Positions 1 through 9,384 of a DNA stretch of 64,000 nt are shown here, piece by piece. Positions within the stretch are counted from its first letter, which is position 1, and each line of letters begins with the position of its first letter. The notes beneath the pieces are model-generated. The model worked only from the letters and a program-made list of their open reading frames with translations. It did not search any database and was not told where the DNA came from. This stretch comes from Chlorokybus atmophyticus (Eukaryota > Plantae > Mesostigma and Chlorokybus algae). The stretch is taken from the NCBI GenBank assembly GCA_009103225.1, contig RHPI01000810.1:975387-1039386 (forward strand), given 5' to 3'. The position numbers and the translations under genes are program-made.

Positions 1-670
1 ACCTGTTCTTGGCCGCAATGATGTGGAGGAGGTGGGGTCGACAAAACTCCAAAGCTTCTTGCGGATCAGCACCAACTTCATCTTCAGCGACCATGAAGCG
101 TAGTTGTGCAGATCAAGGGACTCGATGGGCATCCTATCTGTGTCAGCCATTACTTGCTACACAATAGTACAACTCACCCTCTCCCCAAGAACACTCTACT
201 AGTAGGCACCTATGCTCAACACTTTCTCTCACTAGCACAAGCAATCACACAAGCGAGTGTGGGCCCATAACCTGTTGAGAACTAGTGATGCGCCTAGTGT
301 GTGTGTATTTGCCTCTTACATACAAGTGTGCACACACTAAGGACAAGTGCAACAAGCACGCCAACTATAAAGACAATGTGCGACCCACTGTATTAAGTAG
401 TATACAGTGTCTTATATACTATGCTACTAAGCACTAGTCAACTCTAGTCAACTCTGGTCAAAGTCAACACTAGTCAACATTAGTCAATGGTCAAAGTCAA
501 CGGTCAAAGTCAAAGTTGACCATGGTTGACCATAACTGCCGTAACTGCCGTAACTCCCGTAACTCTCGTAACTCTAGTAACTCCCGTAACTATGAAGGTT
601 AAGCTGATCGTACCGACTACATGTAGGCGCCGCCTATACATGTACTTTCAACAAGCTATAACATTTAACA
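1..670 (-). mobile_element. Gag-only copia-type LTR element, 5' part (gag N-terminus 1-150, leader, PBS 260-272, 5' LTR 273-670); rest lies outside the window
   Basis: Reverse complement of the same LTR/PBS/gag start (MADTDRMP) seen in the full-length copies. The LTR abuts copia integrase codons at 671, i.e. it is inserted into the integrase. Confidence 0.92.
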
Positions 671-1296
671 CACTGCACCTCACACCCCCGAGCAAAACGG
701 TGCTGCTGAGCGTCTCAACCGCACACTTGTAGAGCGTGTGCGTGTCATGCTTACAGATGCAAAGCCGAAGAAAGCTTTATGGGCTGAGGCATTTGTCACG
801 GCCAACTACATCCATAACAGGTCACCTACGGACAACAAAGCCAAGACCCCGTGGGAGTTGTTGCATGGTGAGGCGCCCAATGTTATGCACATGCGTGTGT
901 TTGGAGCCAAGGCATATCCGCACATCCCTAAGCACTTGAGGAGGAAGCTGGAGAATGTGAGGGAGACAGGCGTCTTTATAGGATATGAGCCCAACTCCAA
1001 GGCGTACAGGATCTTGCATGAGGACGGCAAGATTATGGTTTGAAGGGATGTTGTCTCCGACGAGAAGATGGTGGCAACAACATTGACAACACCTTCACCA
1101 ATTATGGACATTAACATTACCAATGAGCCGGAGGTCGTCGTCGCACCACTTGTCAATATGGAGGTCGCTGGTTATGCGCCACACCTCGAGGAGGAAGTGA
1201 CTGCACCTGTTGAGGAGCAGGAGAGGCGCTACCCTCTACGAACGAGAGCGCCACCACACTTCACCCAAAGGCTTCAGGCTATGAGCGCTGATATCA

Positions 1297-2296
1297 TTGA
1301 GGATAAAGAGCCAAGCACCTACCATGAGGCCATTAGCTCCGGATGCAGAGTTGTGGCATAAGGCCATGGATGAGGAGATTGCTTCGCTTCACGCCAACAA
1401 AACTTGGGCACTTGAGCAGGTTCCACAAGGTGTGAGGCATATACTTGTCAAATGGGTGTTCAAGATAAAGCGTAACGACAAGGGCAACGTTGAGCGCTAC
1501 AAGGCGCAACTTGTGGCAAAGGGATTCCTTCAACAGGAGGGAGTTGACTACAAGGAGATATTTGCACCTGCCAGCAAGCACACAACTTTCAGAGCATTGC
1601 TCGCTAAGGTTGCTGTGGAGGACTTGGAGCTGGATCACCTAGATGTGAAGACTGCCTTCCTCTATGGAGAGTTGGAGGAACAAATCTTCGTGCAGCAACC
1701 TCAAGGGTACGAAGAGGGAGACACAGGCAAGGCATGCTTGGTACATAAGGCTTTGTATGGGCTTAGACAGGCACCATGTGTCTGGCACATTCGACTTAGC
1801 AAAGAGCTAGAAAAGATGGGCGTACAGCAGTCTGCAGCAGACTCTGGGCTCTTCATTAGTGAAGACGGACAAGTCTGGCTCCTCGTGTATGTTGATGACA
1901 TTATCCCGGCATCTGCGGATATTGCTGCAATAACCCGAATTAAGGTGACACTGCAATCTGCGTTCGAGATTCGCGACCTTGGAGATGCACACTTGTTCCT
2001 CGACATAGTCATCACCAGGATCAAAGATGCACCATCAAGATCACACAGAAGCAGATGGTGCTGTACTTACTCAAGAAGTTCAAGGTACAGGATGCAAAGG
2101 GCAAGGCAACACCACTAAGTGTGGGAGTACAGTTACTTAAGGCACGGGACACTGCTTTGTACTTGACAAGACTGTCTACCCCTACGGTGAGCTAGTAGGA
2201 AGTCTCATCTACTTGTCCATTGCTACAAGATCTGACATCGCGCAAGCCGTGGGAGTCTTGGCGAGGTACATGTCAGCACCCATTATCAAGCACTGG
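1297..2296 (+). pseudogene. Copia reverse transcriptase (RVT_2-type), disrupted
   Basis: ORF 1297-2118 with YVDD motif; continues in another frame through LVGSLIYL...[19 protein letters not shown] up to the insertion point. Confidence 0.9.
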
Positions 2297-4712
2297 ACTC
2301 ACACACGAGTTATATGCGACACACAGCTCATGCCGGGGGGTTGTTAAATGTTATAGCTTGTTGAAAGTACATGTATAGGCGGCGCCTACATGTAGTCGGT
2401 ACGATCAGCTTAACCTTCATAGTTACGGGAGTTACGAGAGTTACGAGAGTTACGGGAGTTACGGCAGTTATGGTCAACCATGGTCAACTTTGACTTTGAC
2501 CATTGACTTTGACCATTGACTAGTGTTGACTATTGTTGACTTTGACCAGAGTTGACTAGAGTTGACTAGTACTTAGTAGCATAGTATATAAGACACTGTA
2601 TACTGCTTAATACAGTGGGTCGCACATTGTCTCTATAGTTGGCGTGCTTGCTGCACTTGTCCTTAGTGTGTGCACACTTGTATGTAGGAGGCAAATACAC
2701 ACACACTAGGCGCATCACTAGTTCTCAACACTCGAGAGTTGTGGGACACTTTTGTTGACGCCCTACGTGATGATTTTATCAATGAGCAACGGAAGGTACG
2801 TACACAATCTTGGGAATATATATATTTGTAATTTACATGATACTGCGTGCTTATGTCCATTATACATGTGCGCTATGTATCAGAGAGGAGAACTTGCCAT
2901 GCGCAATAATGGACGATGTGTTACATGCGGCACGTGATTTGCAAAAGCTCTGACGTGGTATTGACCGCAGAGCTTCACTCGACAAGTTTGATCTCGGCCA
3001 TCTTATACCTGATGGATTTGATGACGAATGATCCGGTTGCACAAGGGTCGCTATGGGTCGATAGAGCGGGCATCGCGCTGGCCCCCCGTAGATGCGGCCT
3101 GAGACTGCATAGGCGCGGTCTTGTAACTGGTATGCCCCGCACCGGATGCATAAGATCCAGAGTAGCGGGGGGTTTACTGGCCCCGCCCCTTGTTGGCAGT
3201 GTAGGCCACCTTCGCCTTGGGCTTGGGCTGCGCCGCAGCTGCCTCCTTGATTGCCTTCTTAAGGCGCTTTGCCTCTGCATCAACTGTAGTTAGAGGGTCT
3301 CTCGTGAGCTCCTCCACCATTTTCCAACTATGCTTGTTGGCCACTTCCACATGGTGGAACTGCGTGCACACCTCGCCCAATGCTGGTGCACAGAGCACAT
3401 GTGAGCAACACTGGTTGCGGCCAATCATGCAGAGGCTCAGAGCCATTGGTTTTAATGCCAGGCGCACCCGCATTGACATCACCATCTCCCACATGCAAAT
3501 GTAATGGCAAACCTGTTGTGCTTTTTTCCTTGCTATGAATAGTCATAGTGTGAATACAAAGGTGGACATGCAAGGGTGTTAAGTGCGGGCCCTCCCCCCC
3601 CTACCGGACTCGGGGGGAGGAGGGATGCGGAACAATGTATGTATATAGATGCCTCTACGTAAATGATAAGCCCGCACCTTCATAAGGCCGATGATGCACG
3701 CATGTGCATGTTCGCATGAGTAAAGTCCGCACCCTCATGCGTGTCCTATATGTGTGCTCGTGCAAAAGGCCATGCTCAACAAAGAGTGAGCCCACCTTTC
3801 ATGTTGTCTTTGCGGCCTTTGGCAAAGTGGGGATCCTCGAAGAGGTGAGAGGGCACACGGTCGAAGGAGGCCGCCGCCGAGGCAATGTAAGCCGCCACGT
3901 CGACGTGTTGCCGAGCCCGCTTTTTCATGTTCTCCTTCCAAGGGATCGCGGGATCGTCAAAGCGAGTGGCCAATGCCTCCGCACGAGAATGCGGTGTAGT
4001 GGAGTCGCCTTTGTCGCGGCGAAGGATGCTTACAAGTAGCGGGTGGTTGGGCTCAATGACGGGCTCATTATGAGGGATGACGGGCGCCTTCCCACGCCTA
4101 AGACGCATGTTTTCCGCCTCCAACTCCTCCAACCTCCTCGCCATGGCCTCCGTGGGTGTTATGAACGGGGTGGAAGCGTTGGAGAGCGGGCTTGCCTCCC
4201 TCTTTTTACGCTTGTAAGTGACGACGGGCGGGTCCTCATCATCCTCGTCCTCATCATCATCACCATCACCCTCCTTGTTCACCTCCTCTTCTCCCACCTC
4301 CACGGGGGGGCGCACCCCGTCTCTCCTCACTCGCCGCTCTTCTTTCCTCCTCTTCACTCAAGGTGTGGCAACGCGGACTTGTAGCCCGCGCCAACCTATT
4401 GGCGGCCAGCCTAGCCGCCTTGGCCGTGGCTTCCACGTCCTCTCCATCGCCATGGGCACTTCTTGACCGTGTGGTGGTCATAGAGGTCGACCGCCTATTC
4501 TTCCTCCTAACCACCCACGCCACCCTCGCCAAGGATGGCGCCGCCGCGCTAGGGTTTCAAGCGACTAGGTAAGGAGCTTGTGACTCACAACTCACATCTG
4601 GTGAGTGCTTGTGCCCCCAAGTGCCCAAGGCACTAGGGGCACAAGAGTCTTATAACTCATTAACGAGTTCTTGAGTTCATGGGCGCGCATTTCATGCGCT
4701 TCATGAACTCAT
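2297..4712 (-). mobile_element. Insertion in the copia RT, with a DIRS/tyrosine-recombinase-retroelement-like gag and no pol
   Basis: Copia RT reads HW(T) to the left and AAKGVFCYL to the right, so this is an insertion. Minus-strand peptide VEVANKHSWKMVEELTRDPLTTVDAEAKRLKKAIKEA resembles the IADK..GW..VEEY..D.LA.D.EDEKR..KA motif of DIRS/Ngaro/PAT-like Gag (recalled motif, not searched). Upstream acidic/basic ORFs at 3776-4532. Confidence 0.45.
2342..2730 (+). repeat. Solo LTR of the gag-only family
   Basis: TGTTAAATG...TTCTCAACA, no PBS after it and no PPT before it. Flanks GGGGT / CTCGA do not form a TSD. Confidence 0.92.
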
Positions 4713-5258
4713 ATGAAGGCGGCTAAAGGAGTTTTTTGCTACCTTGGCAGCATTGTGAATAAGGGTATCATCTTTGGAAAGACGAAAGACATCACATTAC
4801 ATGGCAACTGTGGTGCAGTCTATGCTGGAAACCTCGACACGAGAAAGTCTACCACAAGTTACACTTTTGTAATGGGAGGAGGCGTCGTTAGCTGGAACAG
4901 TCGACTACAACCAACTGTTGCTGCGTCCAGTACTGAGGCCAAGTACATGGCGGCTTCATCTGCGGCGAGGAAGGACTGTGGCTTCGCAAGTTTGATCACC
5001 GACCTTAGGCATGCAGCGAGCTGTGTCACCATTTTATGTGACAACCAAGGAGCACTCAAGCTGAGCATGCACCTCATCACATTTGCCAGGTCGAAGCATA
5101 TTGACATTATGCACCCTTTGGTAAGCGAGAAAGTTGCACGTGGGGAAGTGGAGTTCAAGTACTGCAGCACTCAGGACATGCTCGCTGATTGCATGACAAA
5201 ACCACTACCACCAACCAAGTTTCATACATGCTGCATCGAGCTAGGAGTTGAAGGTTAA
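4713..5258 (+). pseudogene. Copia RNase H domain
   Basis: 181-aa ORF with copia RNase H motifs, followed by stop, GCGTGGGAG and LTR start TGTTAAA at 5275. Confidence 0.88.
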
Positions 5259-5274
5259 GTTGCTTGCGTGGGAG

Positions 5275-5649
5275 TGTTAAAGGTCTCTATGTAGGTGGCG
5301 CCGTAATTAAACTTCTACGATCAACTTATCTTCGGGAGTTATGGTCAACGATCGTTGTGGGAATTACGGGAGTTATAGTCAACCTTAGTCAATGTTGACT
5401 TTGACCATTGACTTTGACTTTAACTAGTGTTGACTTTGACTAGAGTTGACTAGTGTTGACTAGTGTTGACTAGCACTCACTAGTGTGCTATATAAGACAC
5501 TGTCTGTTGTGTAATACAGTAAGATCCACTCTGCTCTATTGTCAGCGCCACACTTGTGCTTGTCGTTGTTGCTACTGTGCAATCTTAATAGTGCACTACA
5601 AAGCATCTACCAAAACTTACTTGTGAAGCGGGGATCATAATAGCTCACA
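5275..5649 (+). repeat. 3' LTR, family B (LTR of the pol-bearing copia)
   Basis: TG...CA after the PPT. Shares TGTTAAA start, GGCGCC motif, TTGACY array and TATATAAGACACTGT with the gag-only LTR but has a different 3' half. Second copy at 14508-14882. Confidence 0.85.
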
Positions 5650-5919
5650 ATGCTTCGTGGTAGTCCGTGCGAACGAAAGACATGCTTCATAACAAGCTTG
5701 CTGCCTCTGGTCCCGTGCCAAATCCAAAACACGGTGCTGAATGTACCACTTTGCTAATTTTGTTAGCAAATACGAGTATATGTTAAATGTTATAGCTTGT
5801 TGAAAGTACATGTATAGGCGGCGCCTACATGTAGTCGGTACAATCAGCTTAACCTTCATAGTTACGGGAGTTACGAGAGTTACGAGAGTTACGGGAGTTA
5901 CGAGAGTTACGAGAGTTAT

Positions 5920-6039
5920 GGTCAACCATGGTCAACTTTGACTTTGACCGTTGACTTTGACCATTGACTAATGTTGACTAGTGTTGACTTTGACCAGAGT
6001 TGACTAGAGTTGCCTAGTGCTTAGTAGCATAGTATATAA
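5920..6039 (+). promoter_or_regulatory. LTR U3 promoter: array of 11 TTGAC(C/T) (W-box) motifs at 5920-6005 plus TATA box TATATAA at 6033-6039 (representative copy)
   Basis: 9 forward TTGACY and 2 reverse GGTCAA counted directly. The same array is present in every complete LTR of the family. That it binds WRKY factors is inference. Confidence 0.6.
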
Positions 6040-6178
6040 GACACTGTATACTGCTTAATACAGTGGGTCGCACATTGTCTCTATAGTTGGCGTGCTTGTT
6101 GCACTTGTCCTTAGTGTGTGCACACTTGTATGTAAGAGGCAAATACACACACACTAGGCGCATCACTAGTTCTCAACA

Positions 6179-6191
6179 GGTTATGGGCCCA
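6179..6191 (+). other. Primer binding site GGTTATGGGCCCA, complementary to the anticodon arm of initiator tRNA-Met (half-molecule priming)
   Basis: Directly abuts the 5' LTR in all copies; same type of PBS as Drosophila copia, yeast Ty5 and Volvox Osser. Confidence 0.85.
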
Positions 6192-6300
6192 CACTCGCTT
6201 GTGTGATCGCTTGTGCTAGTGAGAGAAAGTGTTGAGCATAGGCGCCTACTAGTAGAGTGTTCTTGGGGAGAGGGTGAGTTGTACTATTGTGTAGCAAGTA

Positions 6301-7086
6301 ATGGCTAACACTGATAGGATGCCCATCGAGTCCCTTGATCTGCACAACTACGCTTCATGGTCGCTGAAGATGAAGTTGGTGCTGATCCGCAAGAAGCTTT
6401 GGAGTTTTGTCGACCCCACCTCCTCCACATCATTGCGGCCAAGAACAGGTGACACTGGTACCTGGACAGAGAACTCACAATCAGCTTTTGCGCTGATAGG
6501 CTTGCACGTCAAAGACTTCCATCTCCCTCTTATTGCGGATTGCAAGACTGGACGTGAGGCGTGGGAGGTCTTCGACACCCTCTTCAAGGCCAATAGCAAC
6601 TCGCGCAAGTTGCAGCTGAGACGCAAGCTGACACTTCTGAAGATGGAGCACAAAGAGCCAATCCAGAAGTACATCTCGCGTGCAAGGGAGCTTTGGCAAG
6701 ACCTTGCAGCAGTGGGCCACGATGTGAAGGAAGAGGAGGTGATGTGGGCAGTCTTAGCTGGCTTAGGAAAGAGCTTTGCTACGCTAGTGACTGTGTTGGA
6801 GTCCTCAGATGTGGTTTTGAAGTTTGCTGATGTAGTGCCTAAGCTGCTAGCTGTGGAAGGCAAGTTGGATGTTCAGGAGATAGAGAATGGTGGAGAACCT
6901 ATCGCACTTTCTGCCTCATCTTCTCAACACACACGAAACAGGAGCAAAGCAGGTGGTGGGAAGCCATCACGTGACAAAGAGTGTCACTACTGCAAGATGA
7001 AGGGCCACTTCATTCGCGAGTGCCAGAAGAGGATCCACGATGAGGCAACCAAGGGAGAGCACGCCACGATGGCGATTGCTTTCTAG
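6301..7086 (+). CDS. Retrotransposon Gag, 261 aa, intact (copia gag/UBN2-like core, CCHC knuckle CHYCKMKGHFIREC)
   Basis: ATG 122 bp after the LTR; NYASWSLKMKLVL..KKLW, ..EAWEVFDTLF, LRRKL..LKM, VLAGL..SF..LVTVLE motifs; ends AIAF-TAG. Confidence 0.93.
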   Translation: MANTDRMPIESLDLHNYASWSLKMKLVLIRKKLWSFVDPTSSTSLRPRTGDTGTWTENSQSAFALIGLHVKDFHLPLIADCKTGREAWEVFDTLFKANSNSRKLQLRRKLTLLKMEHKEPIQKYISRARELWQDLAAVGHDVKEEEVMWAVLAGLGKSFATLVTVLESSDVVLKFADVVPKLLAVEGKLDVQEIENGGEPIALSASSSQHTRNRSKAGGGKPSRDKECHYCKMKGHFIRECQKRIHDEATKGEHATMAIAF

Positions 7087-7724
7087 CATTGGTGAGGACC
7101 TCAAGGAGTTGCAGTGGATGGTGTTCGTCCGTCCTCTCCCACTGCAAGGGCGCGTGAAGGACATGCGTAGACGGAGGTCGCAGACACAAAGGTCTGTGAG
7201 AGTTACTGCTAGCCTATGAGTAGTTACTGGTGTTGAGCTGCATACACTAGAGGTTGCATTGCTGTGAGGTTGTTTTTTGGTAGCACACAGGTGTGCGGTA
7301 CTAGTTAGAACACTTCACTTGATTGGCATGCAAGGACTGAGTTGTATAGCTAGCTAACAGGAGATGGGAGGGGTGCTTCCTTGGTAGAAGGGTCTGATCA
7401 ACCCTTGCACGGACTACACTCTGGTACAGCATTGCTAAGGTAGAGAACTCATTGTAGTTTATAGCATAGTTTGCCATCGAGGGAGTCCTCGAAACCATCT
7501 GAGCAAGGTCAGGCGTGGCGTGGTGGAACCTGATGCGACAACTATGAGGAGGAAACAAGGAGTAATGGAACCTTGTAGTTCTGCTGGCAGCACAAGGAGA
7601 AAGATAGTGTCATGGAGACAAGCATCGAGTCCGTGGGAGCAACAGATCCGTGGGAGTGTTCAATGGAGTAAGTTAATGTGGGTAAGCTTGCGAGAAGATC
7701 TTGGAGTTCAAGGTCAAGCTGCTC

Positions 7725-7733
7725 GCGTGGGAG
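7725..7733 (+). other. Short polypurine-tract-like GCGTGGGAG before the 3' LTR
   Basis: Same sequence precedes every 3' LTR and the family B LTR at 5275. Confidence 0.75.
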
Positions 7734-9384
7734 TGTTAAATGTTATAGCTTGTTGAAAGTACATGTATAGGCGGCGCCTACATGTAGTCGGTACGATCAG
7801 CTTAACCTTCATTGTTACGGGAGTTACGGGAGTTACGAGAGTTATGGACAACCATGGTCAACTTTGACTTTGACCATTGACTTTGACCATTGACTAATGT
7901 TGACTAGTGTTGACTTTGACCAGAGTTGACTAGAGTTGACTAGTGCTTAGTAGCATAGTATATAAGACACTGTATACTGCTTAATACAGTGGGTCGCACA
8001 TTGTCTCTATAGTTGGCGTGCTTGCTGCACTTGTCCTTAGTGTGTGCACACTTGTATGTACGAGGCAAATACACACACACTAGGCGCATCACTAGTTCTC
8101 AACAGTATAGCGTGGTACCCTTTTGTTGTTTTCGTTAACCCCGTCATATAGTCCATAGTAACTTGCTCCCTCTTGGACAATGGCACGGGAAGAGGTGGCA
8201 GCAACCCACCTGGCTTTTGGTTGCTTGCTTTCACCCTTTAACATGCGTCGCATGACGCCACATAATTGCGTACAATACAATGCATCTCTTACAAGTCAAG
8301 GCGTTGCTTCAAGCTTGCTAACGTCCTCTCCACTCCTTGGTGGACAGCAACGGGTACGTCATGAGCTTCCTTTGAAAGTTGAACGCGTATATGTGCAACA
8401 TTGGGGATGTACAAGCGGCCATGATGCCAAGTAGGCTGTCTTGCTTTGTCTAATATCCACTTGTGTCGGTTGCTATGCTCTCTATGTCCCGCAACACTCT
8501 CCTACCTTCTGTGTCTACGCAATGCACTTGTCGGATCAGCTCAGCCAACTCCGGTTGCACTTAATCGAGTGCTTTGATCGCACTCAATTGGCTTAGTGCG
8601 TCGGCCACACTATTAGATGTACCAAGCTTATACTTGATATTAACATATAAAAGTTGAAACGACCACCGCGTTGGTATTCGGCTAAGATGTGGTTATTTGT
8701 AAGTACCTCAATGGGGAATGGTCTTTCTCCAGCACGAACCTTTCCCCTCAAGAAAGCATCGCCATTGTCACAGCGCCATTACTTGCGCCAATAAGTCCTT
8801 CTCGTGCACAGGGTAGTTCAGCTCTGCTCTAATCCATTTTTGACTAATGCGCGCTACAAGTTGAAGACCCATGCCTTGGTCTTGTTAAATGTTATAGCTT
8901 GTTGAAAGTACATGTATAGGCGGCGCCTACATGTAGTCGGTACGATCAGCTTAACCTTCATAGTTACGGGAGTTACGAGAGTCACGAGAGTTACGGCAGT
9001 TATGGTCAACCATGGTCAACTTTGACTTTGACCATTGACTTTGACCATTGACTAGTGTTGACTAGTGTTGACTTTGACCAGAGTTGACTAGAGTTGCCTA
9101 GTGCTTAGTAGCATAGTATATAAGACACTGTATACTGCTTAATACAGTGGGTCGCACATTGTCTCTATAGTTGGCGTGCTTGTTGCACTTGTCCTTAGTG
9201 TGTGCACACTTGTATGTAAGAGGCAAATACACACACACTAGGCGCATCACTAGTTCTCAACAGGTTATGGGCCCACACTCGCTTGTGTGATTGCTTGTGC
9301 TAGTGAGAGAAAGTGTTGAGCATAGGTGCCTACTAGTCGAGTATTCTTGGGGAGAGGGTGAGTTGTACTATTGTGTAGCAAGTA

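Larger units (their letters stand above)
671..5649 (+). mobile_element. Degenerate pol-bearing Ty1/copia retrotransposon (3' half): integrase end, RT, RNase H, PPT and 3' LTR family B
   Basis: HTPEQNGAAERLNRTLVE and LWAEAFVTANYIHNRSP (integrase); KWVFKIK...RYKAQLVAKGF, DVKTAFLYG, LYGLRQAP, LLVYVDDI (RT); SW..LQPTVA.SSTEA.Y, CDNQGA, SKHIDI (RNase H). Order INT-RT-RH is copia-type. Frameshifts and stops are present, and a 2.4-kb insertion interrupts it at 2297-4712. Confidence 0.93.
5781..8104 (+). mobile_element. Full-length gag-only LTR retrotransposon (2324 bp): LTR 5781-6178, PBS, gag, about 650-bp non-coding region, PPT, LTR 7734-8104
   Basis: TG...CA LTRs; 5-bp TSD GTATA at 5776-5780 and 8105-8109; empty version of the site visible at about 15001-15020. 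Confidence 0.96.

Noticed and set aside
526-732. Recurrent MTIT..VTPVTLVT ORFs (also 5635-5925, 10621-10872, 33405-33593, 35210-35533)
   Set aside because: Translation of the 9-bp LTR repeat; ORF ends differ with each flank.
6179-6191. tRNA gene
   Set aside because: Only a 13-nt PBS complement; no cloverleaf anywhere in the window that I could support.
6348-6863. 171-aa antisense ORF over gag, present in most copies (HIV-ASP-like frame)
   Set aside because: Starts at TTG. In this frame stops need Y|TA or T|CA across sense codons, and gag offers only about nine such chances here, so an open shadow frame is expected. Copies are too similar for its persistence to show selection.
7078-7095. Programmed +1 frameshift or read-through at TTC TAG C
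   Set aside because: The downstream frame has no protease active site or other pol motif and closes after about 46 codons; in-frame read-through meets TGA three codons later.
7520-7756. Possible env-like or extra ORF in the 3' internal region
   Set aside because: Short, starts at GTG, runs into the LTR, has no hydrophobic segment, and its length varies among copies.
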